Of a stretch of DNA of 32,000 nt, positions 1 to 8,242 are shown one piece after another. A program made the translations under genes and the position numbers. Below the pieces are notes generated by a model. That model ran no database searches. It saw only the letters and a program-made list of their open reading frames with translations, and was not told the origin of the DNA. Position 1 is the first letter of the stretch. Each line of letters begins with the position of its first letter. This stretch comes from Methanocaldococcus jannaschii DSM 2661 (GTDB taxonomy: Archaea > AGJL01 > Methanococci > Methanococcales > Methanocaldococcaceae): NCBI RefSeq assembly GCF_000091665.1, contig NC_000909.1, positions 1,339,460 through 1,371,459 on the forward strand, given 5' to 3'.

Positions 1-317
1 ACTGGGTCTATATCCTTAACTCCATAAACCTTCTCCATGTATGGAGGAACGGCATCTTTTAACTCCTGTATTCCGTTATCCGCATATCCTCTGTTTTCCC
101 ATTTTTTAGCCTCCTCACACAAAACTCTTATAACCTCCGGGTCTGCCATCTCATCTGGTTCTCCAACACCCATATCAATTAATTCCATATCAGGGTGTCT
201 TTTCATTGCCTCTTGCTTAGCTCTCTTAATTTTCTCAAACTTGTAAATTACATCTTCTTTCCCAAACTTCTTTCCACCAATTCTCTCAGCAAATAAGTTT
301 TGTATGTAACTTTCCAT
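1..317 (-). CDS. dapL: LL-diaminopimelate aminotransferase-type PLP aminotransferase, N-terminal ~105 codons (gene runs off the left edge)
   Basis: The reverse complement of 1..317 starts at ATG (315-317) and reads MESYIQNLFAERIGGKKFGKEDVIYKFEKIKRAKQEAMKRHPDMELIDMGVGEPDEMADPEVIRVLCEEAKKWENRGYADNGIQELKDAVPPYMEKVYGVKDIDP. It stays open to the window edge, so it is absent from the ORF track (no in-window stop). The DMGVGEPD-containing N-terminus is typical of the DapL aminotransferase family, and I recall it as M. jannaschii MJ1391. Confidence 0.75.
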   Translation of the reverse strand, partial: MESYIQNLFAERIGGKKFGKEDVIYKFEKIKRAKQEAMKRHPDMELIDMGVGEPDEMADPEVIRVLCEEAKKWENRGYADNGIQELKDAVPPYMEKVYGVKDIDP

Positions 318-791
318 TTTATCACCAAATTGGCATTTTTAGTTTTTGCGGAGCATTTTAAAAGAATATATGGGTAGTAATGAATGCCTTCCTTTAGTAA
401 GGTATTTTTTAATTTTAATAACTTTTGCAAAAACTACTTGTTTTAATGTAAGTAAATTTTAACAAATATAAAAATTTCGCTATTGTTTTGTATTAAATCT
501 TTAATGCGAGTATTTTATGACTTTCGTATAGTATCTTTCAAAAATAATAAAAATTTTATAAAGATTATTAATAAAGTTAATGGGGCTTTCGCAGGAATAA
601 AATCTTTAAAAGAAATCTTAATTTATAAATTTAAATTTAAAGATGTATATTACCAACTTTTTAGTCCAGAACTATTTCCCACATAAATTTTAAATATACA
701 ATATCAAATATCTTTGAGATGATTCAATTTTATCATCAGATTCATTATGAGTATTTAAATTTCATTAAATTATTTTTTATGAGGGATTGTT

Positions 792-2267
792 ATGATGGTA
801 AGGATATTTGATACAACACTTAGAGATGGAGAGCAAACACCAGGAGTTTCTTTAACACCAAATGATAAGTTAGAGATAGCAAAAAAATTGGATGAGCTTG
901 GAGTTGATGTTATAGAGGCAGGTTCAGCTATAACTTCAAAAGGAGAGAGAGAAGGAATAAAATTAATAACAAAAGAAGGTTTAAATGCAGAAATCTGCTC
1001 ATTTGTTAGAGCTTTACCTGTAGATATTGATGCTGCCTTAGAATGTGATGTAGATAGTGTCCATTTAGTAGTGCCAACATCTCCAATACACATGAAATAT
1101 AAGCTTAGAAAAACAGAAGATGAGGTTTTAGAGACAGCTTTAAAGGCTGTAGAGTATGCTAAAGAACATGGATTGATTGTTGAGTTATCTGCAGAGGATG
1201 CAACAAGAAGTGATGTAAATTTCTTAATAAAACTATTTAATGAAGGGGAAAAGGTTGGAGCAGACAGAGTTTGTGTTTGTGACACAGTAGGAGTTTTAAC
1301 TCCACAAAAGAGTCAGGAATTATTTAAAAAAATAACTGAAAATGTTAATTTACCGGTCTCAGTTCATTGCCACAACGACTTTGGAATGGCTACTGCTAAT
1401 ACTTGCTCAGCAGTTTTAGGTGGAGCTGTTCAGTGCCACGTAACAGTTAATGGTATTGGAGAGAGAGCAGGAAATGCCTCATTGGAAGAGGTTGTTGCTG
1501 CTTTAAAAATACTCTATGGCTATGATACTAAGATAAAGATGGAAAAGTTATATGAGGTTTCAAGAATTGTCTCAAGATTGATGAAACTTCCTGTTCCACC
1601 AAATAAAGCAATTGTTGGGGACAATGCATTTGCTCATGAAGCAGGAATACATGTTGATGGATTAATAAAAAATACTGAAACCTATGAGCCAATAAAACCA
1701 GAAATGGTTGGGAATAGAAGAAGAATTATTTTGGGTAAGCATTCTGGTAGAAAAGCTTTAAAATACAAACTTGATTTGATGGGCATAAACGTTAGTGATG
1801 AGCAATTAAATAAAATATATGAAAGAGTTAAAGAATTTGGGGATTTGGGTAAATACATTTCAGACGCTGATTTGTTGGCTATAGTTAGAGAAGTTACTGG
1901 AAAATTGGTAGAAGAGAAAATCAAATTAGATGAATTAACTGTTGTATCTGGAAATAAAATAACACCAATTGCATCTGTTAAACTCCATTATAAAGGAGAA
2001 GATATAACTTTAATAGAAACTGCTTATGGTGTTGGACCGGTAGATGCAGCAATAAATGCTGTGAGAAAGGCAATAAGTGGAGTTGCAGATATTAAGTTGG
2101 TAGAGTATAGAGTTGAAGCAATTGGTGGAGGAACTGATGCGTTAATAGAGGTTGTTGTTAAATTAAGAAAAGGAACTGAAATTGTTGAAGTTAGAAAATC
2201 AGACGCTGATATAATAAGGGCTTCTGTAGATGCTGTAATGGAAGGAATCAATATGTTATTGAATTAA
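792..2267 (+). CDS. cimA: (R)-citramalate synthase (2-isopropylmalate/homocitrate synthase family)
   Basis: 491-aa ORF preceded by GAGGGA. The N-terminal motif is FDTTLRDGEQ; HCHNDFGMATAN and AFAHEAGIH are catalytic TIM-barrel motifs of the HMGL-like/IPMS family. A C-terminal LeuA-type regulatory domain is present. Length and sequence match my memory of MJ1392 CimA. The start may be ATG 792 or 795. Confidence 0.9.
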   Translation: MMVRIFDTTLRDGEQTPGVSLTPNDKLEIAKKLDELGVDVIEAGSAITSKGEREGIKLITKEGLNAEICSFVRALPVDIDAALECDVDSVHLVVPTSPIHMKYKLRKTEDEVLETALKAVEYAKEHGLIVELSAEDATRSDVNFLIKLFNEGEKVGADRVCVCDTVGVLTPQKSQELFKKITENVNLPVSVHCHNDFGMATANTCSAVLGGAVQCHVTVNGIGERAGNASLEEVVAALKILYGYDTKIKMEKLYEVSRIVSRLMKLPVPPNKAIVGDNAFAHEAGIHVDGLIKNTETYEPIKPEMVGNRRRIILGKHSGRKALKYKLDLMGINVSDEQLNKIYERVKEFGDLGKYISDADLLAIVREVTGKLVEEKIKLDELTVVSGNKITPIASVKLHYKGEDITLIETAYGVGPVDAAINAVRKAISGVADIKLVEYRVEAIGGGTDALIEVVVKLRKGTEIVEVRKSDADIIRASVDAVMEGINMLLN

Positions 2268-2418
2268 TATTTTTGCTTATTTTAAAATGTTTTATTAGGT
2301 ATTGATAATTTTAATATCAAAAGGTTTATATATCGGCTGTTATTATTTTCAAATTGAAAACCTTGGACTTTTTGGGTTCTTTTTCTAAATTTTTGAAAAA
2401 TCAAAAATGTCTAAAAAA

Positions 2419-2439
2419 TGTTCCATAAATTATTTATAC
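2419..2439 (+). promoter_or_regulatory. Shared promoter-region motif TGTTCYATAAAT-N5-ATAC, copy 1 (TGTTCCATAAATtatttATAC), 76 nt upstream of the 2515 start
   Basis: Matches 8169-8189 and 16941-16961 at 16-17 of 21 positions. It overlaps a TTTATA(C)A TATA-like box. GAGGTGA (2504-2510) lies before the ATG. Confidence 0.45.
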
Positions 2440-2514
2440 AAACGGAAGACATTACATTATTACTACCTACTTAAGAATGTTCCCCTATTTCACACAAATG
2501 CATGAGGTGAAGTT

Positions 2515-4341
2515 ATGAGAAAGTTAATATTTATGGCCTTGTTAATGTCATTGCTGTTTATTGGGACTGTATTTGGATATGGAGATAATGGACCACTATA
2601 TGTGGCATATTACGAAAAATATAACATAACAGGTAACACTACAGGTGATGGCTTAGTATCTTCAACAATAGAAAGTATAACTGGATATATTGTAATTAAC
2701 AACACTGGGACTACAATAAATGATACTTTATACGATGTTTGGGTGGCAGTTAATATATCCAACAACATAACTGGACCAGAAGTTTATGTAAATGGAACTC
2801 CAAAAGGGGTTTTTATTGAGAGTTCAGCTCCTGCATATACAAACTTACCAAATGCAAACACATACATACACATCCCAATACTACCAAATAACAGCTATGT
2901 TATAATTAAATTTGCTATAGATAAATCAATAACTGGAGTTCCATTGATAATCAACGAAACATATAGTGATACTAAAATTCCATCAGAAAGATTATCAAAT
3001 TGGAGTGTCTATTTAAACATAAGCAGAAATGTTTCAGCACTACCGGCAACAGATACACCAGTTTCTGTTATTATGACAAAATATCTAAGTAACGACCCAA
3101 ATAATTATGGAAGTGACACTTGGAATTTCTTAAATATAACAGGTGCTATAGCCAACGAAGGTTCAATAACACTCTGGGATGGTCCTTACTTCTTACCAGG
3201 ATACAACGATTCATTAACCTGGACAGGAGTCGTAATAAATACTACTAAAAATGCAACCATTACAATCAACATAACAGGAAACAACACTTACACAAATAGA
3301 ACAGGAACCTTAATGAAATATGGTTTTGCTGTTATCTTCTTTGAATTCAATGGAACTAAATCAGGAACAAAAATTGAAGGGATTTATGCAACAGGATATG
3401 GTGGAGTAAGTGCAACCAAGGAAGGACCATTCTTAAATGCATCAAGCGGTAAGTATGAAATATGGTACGAAAGTGCTAATGTATCAAACAAGGCATCAAG
3501 TTACTACTTTAACTTAACTCATGTGACAATATGGGCTGTAAATGGTAGTAATCCAGTAATATTAGACCCATTTAATATAACATTATTAATCCCTAATTCA
3601 AAACAGACGTCCTCACCTAATGAAATATTATCTCCAGGAAGCGTTTGGAGTTCAACTAAATATGCCTTCACATTTGATGGAATTCCAGTTGTCTGGGCAA
3701 ACTGTACATTTAAGGTAGCAGACGAGAACATAACATTAATAAATAGAAGTATTAATGAATACTCAACAAAGTACGGAAGTTCCTATGTTGTTGTTGAGGA
3801 GATTTATGTTGTGGGTAGTTATTTGATTAAGGTGACTAAGCATATTGTTCCGGATGCGGATGGGACTTATGATATTTATATAGTTGTGGAGAATATTGGT
3901 AGTGTGAAGACTCCTGAGTATGTGTATGTTTATGATTTGATTCCTAAGAACTTCACCGTCTCAGATGAGTGGGTTAATCAATCAAGTATGTTGATTGCTG
4001 AAGGAAATCACACCATTACAACAAATCCAAGGTATAATTTAAGCATGTGGTGGGCGTTACATGCAATATATCCAGGAGCAGATGGGGACGGTAACTGGAA
4101 CGACACTGCTGAAATACTTGCAAATAAAACAGTAGTCATACACTACAAACTAAACGGAACTGGCGAATTCTACCCAAGCGACGCATTTATCGTTGGTATC
4201 GACCCTACAAACTCACTACTACCAACAACCTCACCAAAAATAACAACAGTAGCCGGAACAGTAGAAAACAACTCAGAACCATTCCTTGCATTATTGACCC
4301 TACTTGTAGGGTTGGGAATCATAATAAGAAGGGTAATGTAA
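2515..4341 (+). CDS. Secreted, heavily sequon-rich cell-surface protein with C-terminal Thr/Pro linker, TM anchor and basic tail (MJ1393-like)
   Basis: 608-aa ORF with GAGGTGA RBS. N-terminal signal peptide MRKLIFMALLMSLLFIGTVFG. About 36 N-X-S/T sequons by hand count. C-terminus is PTNSLLPTTSPKITT...SEPFLALLTLLVGLGIIIRRVM. Paralogous to the next gene. Confidence 0.85.
   Translation: MRKLIFMALLMSLLFIGTVFGYGDNGPLYVAYYEKYNITGNTTGDGLVSSTIESITGYIVINNTGTTINDTLYDVWVAVNISNNITGPEVYVNGTPKGVFIESSAPAYTNLPNANTYIHIPILPNNSYVIIKFAIDKSITGVPLIINETYSDTKIPSERLSNWSVYLNISRNVSALPATDTPVSVIMTKYLSNDPNNYGSDTWNFLNITGAIANEGSITLWDGPYFLPGYNDSLTWTGVVINTTKNATITINITGNNTYTNRTGTLMKYGFAVIFFEFNGTKSGTKIEGIYATGYGGVSATKEGPFLNASSGKYEIWYESANVSNKASSYYFNLTHVTIWAVNGSNPVILDPFNITLLIPNSKQTSSPNEILSPGSVWSSTKYAFTFDGIPVVWANCTFKVADENITLINRSINEYSTKYGSSYVVVEEIYVVGSYLIKVTKHIVPDADGTYDIYIVVENIGSVKTPEYVYVYDLIPKNFTVSDEWVNQSSMLIAEGNHTITTNPRYNLSMWWALHAIYPGADGDGNWNDTAEILANKTVVIHYKLNGTGEFYPSDAFIVGIDPTNSLLPTTSPKITTVAGTVENNSEPFLALLTLLVGLGIIIRRVM
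3775..4273 (+). repeat. 499-bp segment identical to 6813-7311 (copy 1)
   Basis: Base-by-base reading of both copies shows no mismatch. Identity starts at GGAAGTTCCTATG and stops at GAAAACAACT, just before the TM anchor codons. Confidence 0.95.
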
Positions 4342-4347
4342 AACTAA

Positions 4348-4375
4348 TTTTCTTTATTTTTTATAATTCTTTTTC
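4348..4375 (+). terminator. Oligo-T tract downstream of the 2515-4341 gene
   Basis: The tract tttctttattttttataattctttttc includes a T6 run. Archaeal intrinsic termination uses oligo-T. Position-based call only. Confidence 0.35.
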
Positions 4376-4427
4376 TAAATTCAAATATGATTTTTGACAT
4401 TAAGTTAATTTTATCGATATTATATGG

Positions 4428-7391
4428 GTGATGTGGGGCATGCCAAATATAAAATTAAAATTCATATATTTATGTATTTTACTGTTCGTATTTATGGCAT
4501 CAATGTTAAACAGTGTTTCTGGATTAAAAACAATATTCTACGATGATTTTGAAAATTGGAGTGGGTGGTATAACTACAGTAGTGGGGCTGTAGAGCAATC
4601 TTCTAATTATGCACATTCAGGAATATATTCCCTTAGAAAGTTTCTAAATGATGACCCAAATGGTGGATACAAACTAATTGGGAAGGAAATTGGAAGGGAT
4701 ATTGTAATGGAAGGTTGGATTTATAGACCTTTGCCATATGTTAGCGGAAGATGGGATAGAATAGGTATTGAGGACGAGAATTTCAACGGATACTCTATAA
4801 GAATAGAGCACGACTATAACAAAATTGCAATAGAAACTCGAGAAAATGGTATTGCTGTAAATACTTTAGTAATAACTAACTGGAATCCTCCAGAAAATCA
4901 GTGGTATTATTTTAAGTTTTATATCTACTCAAATGGAACTTTAAGATTAGAAGTTTATTATGAGAATGGTTCATTAGGAGCTACTGTCTCAGCAATAGAT
5001 AACATCTATACTAAGTTCGATAGAGTTGTTGTGCATGGAGGACAAGATTACTATGTTGATGATTTGAGGATTTCAGATTTATATCCTCCACTAAGGGTAA
5101 GATATATTGAAGAGTACAACGCAACTGCTACTGTGGATGGAACAGGAAAAACAAACTATTCCTATGGTTTAACGGGACATATCATTATTGAAAATACTGC
5201 CCCTTATAAAGAAGATACTTTAAACGATGTGTGGGTAGCAGTGGATATAAAAAATAATGCAAGTGGTTTGAGATTAGTTTATAATGGAACTCCAAAAGGG
5301 GTTTTTATTGAGAGTTCTGCTCCTGCTTATACAAACTTACCAAATGCAAACACATACATACACATCCCAATACTACCAAATAACAGCTATGTGGAATATG
5401 AGTTTGATATCGATGCATCTCAAACCCTACCAATATTAGTAAATGAAACTTACGATGTTACAAAAATACCAGCAAATAAAATGTCAGAATGGACTGTAAA
5501 TTTAATTGTATATTTAAACAAAAATCTCGTTCCTAATGGAGAAAATGTCAATGTTAATGTTATAAAATATCTAAGTAATGGGCAGTTTTATGATAACTTT
5601 GAAAATTGGACTGGTTGGAATCAGTATAAGAACGGGATAGTTCAATGGTCATCTATTCAATCTCATTCTGGAAATTACTCTTTAGAAAAATATGGGATTT
5701 CAACAAGTTTAAACAACGATCCAAATGGAGGGTACAAATTACTTCCAAAAGAAATTGGAAGGGATGTAGTTATAAGTGGATGGGTATATAGACCGAGCAA
5801 CTGGGGAGGAGGCCCTATAGACAGGATTGGTTTGGAGGATGAGAATTTTGATGGATATTCATTTGAGGTAAATCACTACAGTAATTACATATCAATTGAT
5901 AGAAGAACTAATGGAAATCCTACAGAAATTAGTCCTGAAGTTTATTGGAATCCTCCAGAGGATGAATGGTATTACTTCGAACTAAAAATTTATTCAAATG
6001 GAACAATAACATTCTCAACTTATTATCAAAATGGTTCCTTAGCCGCAACTGTCTCAACAATAGACAATACCTATACAAAGTTTGATAGGGTTGTTATTCA
6101 TGGAGGTTATGTTTATTATGTTGATGATTTGGAAGTGAATTCAAAAAACTTCGACTTTTATGGAGATAAAAACTGGAAGTATCTTGAAATAACATCTGCA
6201 AATTCAAGTGAAGGAACAGCAGTTTTATTTGATGGGGACTATTTCAAAAAAGATTACAATACCTCAAATCTAAATGCAATAAATTGGACAAATATTACCT
6301 TAAATTGGAGTAATGATAGTGCAACTTTGGTATTTAATGTATTGGGAAATTATTCATATAGTGAAAGGGATAATATTTTAGCAAAGTATGGATTTGCTAA
6401 AATACTATTTAATTACAATGGGACCAATACAAACACATCTATAAAAGGTGTTTATGCATCTGGAAGTTATAGTATTTCAACAGATCATGGAACTACGGGA
6501 GAAATAAACATTTGGATAGAAAATGTAACATTTAAAAATGATGCAAAATCATATTCCTTTAATTTAACGAATCTTAATATATGGGCAGTAAATAAATCTG
6601 CTTATGAGTTGTATTGGAATCCATTTAACAAATCTATCTGGATAGATGGGAGTAATTACACTATAACTCCAAATATTGACATACCTCCAGGAGAAGTATG
6701 GAACTCTAAAACCTACAACTTCACATTTAGTGGAGTTCCAATCGTTTGGGCAAACTGCTCATTTACACTGTCAAAAAAAGATTATATCCTTTTAAATGAA
6801 GTAAGTCAAATAGGAAGTTCCTATGTTGTTGTTGAGGAGATTTATGTTGTGGGTAGTTATTTGATTAAGGTGACTAAGCATATTGTTCCGGATGCGGATG
6901 GGACTTATGATATTTATATAGTTGTGGAGAATATTGGTAGTGTGAAGACTCCTGAGTATGTGTATGTTTATGATTTGATTCCTAAGAACTTCACCGTCTC
7001 AGATGAGTGGGTTAATCAATCAAGTATGTTGATTGCTGAAGGAAATCACACCATTACAACAAATCCAAGGTATAATTTAAGCATGTGGTGGGCGTTACAT
7101 GCAATATATCCAGGAGCAGATGGGGACGGTAACTGGAACGACACTGCTGAAATACTTGCAAATAAAACAGTAGTCATACACTACAAACTAAACGGAACTG
7201 GCGAATTCTACCCAAGCGACGCATTTATCGTTGGTATCGACCCTACAAACTCACTACTACCAACAACCTCACCAAAAATAACAACAGTAGCCGGAACAGT
7301 AGAAAACAACTTTGAGATATTTTTAATACTGATAAACGTTATCTTTGGATTAGGTATATTAACAAAGAGGAATATAAGGAATAATAAATAA
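4428..7391 (+). CDS. Large surface protein: 2515-gene-like scaffold carrying two inserted ~180-aa jelly-roll (ConA/LamG-like) modules, with a C-terminal TM anchor (MJ1394-like)
   Basis: 987-aa ORF. The start is ambiguous (GTG 4428, ATG 4431, or ATG 4440 after GGTGA at 4427-4431). Signal peptide present. Internal duplicated modules lie at 4536-5075 and 5586-6140 (FYD[DN]FENW...DPNGGYKL...RIG[IL]EDENF[ND]GYS...NPPE..WYYF...YSNGT...TKFDRVV[VI]HGG..YYVDDL). The C-terminal 166 aa are identical to the previous gene. Confidence 0.85.
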   Translation: MMWGMPNIKLKFIYLCILLFVFMASMLNSVSGLKTIFYDDFENWSGWYNYSSGAVEQSSNYAHSGIYSLRKFLNDDPNGGYKLIGKEIGRDIVMEGWIYRPLPYVSGRWDRIGIEDENFNGYSIRIEHDYNKIAIETRENGIAVNTLVITNWNPPENQWYYFKFYIYSNGTLRLEVYYENGSLGATVSAIDNIYTKFDRVVVHGGQDYYVDDLRISDLYPPLRVRYIEEYNATATVDGTGKTNYSYGLTGHIIIENTAPYKEDTLNDVWVAVDIKNNASGLRLVYNGTPKGVFIESSAPAYTNLPNANTYIHIPILPNNSYVEYEFDIDASQTLPILVNETYDVTKIPANKMSEWTVNLIVYLNKNLVPNGENVNVNVIKYLSNGQFYDNFENWTGWNQYKNGIVQWSSIQSHSGNYSLEKYGISTSLNNDPNGGYKLLPKEIGRDVVISGWVYRPSNWGGGPIDRIGLEDENFDGYSFEVNHYSNYISIDRRTNGNPTEISPEVYWNPPEDEWYYFELKIYSNGTITFSTYYQNGSLAATVSTIDNTYTKFDRVVIHGGYVYYVDDLEVNSKNFDFYGDKNWKYLEITSANSSEGTAVLFDGDYFKKDYNTSNLNAINWTNITLNWSNDSATLVFNVLGNYSYSERDNILAKYGFAKILFNYNGTNTNTSIKGVYASGSYSISTDHGTTGEINIWIENVTFKNDAKSYSFNLTNLNIWAVNKSAYELYWNPFNKSIWIDGSNYTITPNIDIPPGEVWNSKTYNFTFSGVPIVWANCSFTLSKKDYILLNEVSQIGSSYVVVEEIYVVGSYLIKVTKHIVPDADGTYDIYIVVENIGSVKTPEYVYVYDLIPKNFTVSDEWVNQSSMLIAEGNHTITTNPRYNLSMWWALHAIYPGADGDGNWNDTAEILANKTVVIHYKLNGTGEFYPSDAFIVGIDPTNSLLPTTSPKITTVAGTVENNFEIFLILINVIFGLGILTKRNIRNNK
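6813..7311 (+). repeat. 499-bp segment identical to 3775-4273 (copy 2)
   Basis: Same evidence as copy 1; the offset is 3038 nt. A second, shorter block, 2791-2900 vs 5283-5392, is 110 bp with 2 synonymous mismatches. Confidence 0.95.
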
Positions 7392-7400
7392 AGTTGGGGG

Positions 7401-7661
7401 ATGATGATGAAGAGATTTGCATTACTCTTTATTTTCCTTGCATTTATAACACCAACTTTTGCAGATGTTGAGGAAATAACAAACTATAATATGACCGTTG
7501 ATTTAACAAAAAATCCTGCACATATAACAAATGTTATAACTATTCAAAATCTTGTTAAGTATCCTCTTGTTCCAGGAATTGGGGAGTTAAGATTACAAAA
7601 AGAAGAGTCAAAGAAAATACTGATTATTCCAATACCATTTACAAAAGAAAAAAACCTGTAA
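7401..7661 (+). CDS. N-terminal half (signal peptide plus start of ectodomain) of a split surface-protein gene
   Basis: 86-aa ORF starting 10 nt after the previous stop, preceded by GGGGG. Signal peptide MMMKRFALLFIFLAFITPTFA. It ends at TAA 7659-7661, right after an A7 run. It has no TM anchor of its own. Confidence 0.6.
   Translation: MMMKRFALLFIFLAFITPTFADVEEITNYNMTVDLTKNPAHITNVITIQNLVKYPLVPGIGELRLQKEESKKILIIPIPFTKEKNL
7649..7655 (+). promoter_or_regulatory. A_AAA_AAC heptamer in the zero frame of 7401-7661: candidate -1 frameshift or slippage site, or an indel hotspot
   Basis: Zero-frame codons are GAA AAA AAC CTG TAA. The -1 frame is open from well upstream and continues from 7655 as PVKIENLRGYYIIGDKKYP into M 7712 of the next ORF. 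Confidence 0.3.
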
Positions 7662-7711
7662 AGATTGAGAATTTAAGGGGTTATTATATAATTGGGGATA
7701 AAAAATATCCA

Positions 7712-8110
7712 ATGGATGTAAATGTCTCTTATAAAGATACCTATTCAGTTATAACATATCAAGTATGGGAGCCAATAGATGGTGGAAAAAATATAACTCT
7801 AATAATTGAATATGATGCTGATATTGTTGATAATGGAATATTGTTTAAAACTGTCTCAATTCCTATTGGAGGGGATTTGAATATAAAAAACTTCCATATA
7901 AACTTTGTCTCTCCTTATTATCTAACCTACCAAGAACCAGATGGAAATAATTTCCAAATCCCTAAAAAAACTTTGCTTATTATAAATGCTGAGTTTTCAA
8001 TATTGCCATTACCGAAACTTCCAGTTCATGGATATGTGGTGTTTTGGTTAAGCATATTGTGTATATTAATAATAATATTTGTCTATACTGAGTTGAGAAG
8101 AAAAAAATAA
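7712..8110 (+). CDS. C-terminal half (ectodomain, TM anchor, basic tail) of the split surface-protein gene
   Basis: 132-aa ORF from ATG 7712, but its frame is open upstream through 7655 and beyond. There is no signal peptide and no convincing RBS of its own. It ends ...HGYVVFWLSILCILIIIFVYTELRRKK. Confidence 0.6.
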   Translation: MDVNVSYKDTYSVITYQVWEPIDGGKNITLIIEYDADIVDNGILFKTVSIPIGGDLNIKNFHINFVSPYYLTYQEPDGNNFQIPKKTLLIINAEFSILPLPKLPVHGYVVFWLSILCILIIIFVYTELRRKK

Positions 8111-8168
8111 AGAAAATAAGGAAGATAAGAAGAATAAAAACTAATAATCTCAATAATTGTCTAATATT

Positions 8169-8189
8169 TGTTCTATAAATTTTATATAC
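8169..8189 (+). promoter_or_regulatory. Shared promoter-region motif, copy 2 (TGTTCTATAAATtttatATAC), 54 nt upstream of the giant gene start
   Basis: The 13-mer TTGTTCTATAAAT (8168-8180) is identical to 16940-16952. It overlaps a perfect TTTATATA box (8181-8188). Confidence 0.5.
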
Positions 8190-8242
8190 TACCTATACAT
8201 TACTTTACTTTTGAACAGTGTTAAAAATTTCAATGGGATAAT

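Noticed and set aside
37-430. ORF-track entries 37..246 (+) and 248..430 (-) at the left edge
   Set aside because: Both overlap, out of frame, the clearly homologous dapL reading frame on the minus strand (1-317) or AT-rich spacer. They have low-complexity or atypical composition, no RBS, and no recognisable motif.
483-686. 67-aa ORF in the dapL-cimA divergent spacer
   Set aside because: It has a non-ATG start, an Asn/Lys/Phe/Ile composition that simply mirrors AT-rich DNA, and no RBS. The region is better explained as a divergent promoter spacer. I could not support any specific TATA or operator call there.
2346-2407. AT-rich inverted repeats TTTTCAA-A-TTGAAAA (2346-2360) and TTTTTGA-AAAA-TCAAAAA (~2390-2407) upstream of the first surface gene
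   Set aside because: These are short, A/T-only palindromes, which are expected by chance many times in a 70% A+T window. They are not repeated at the other island promoters.
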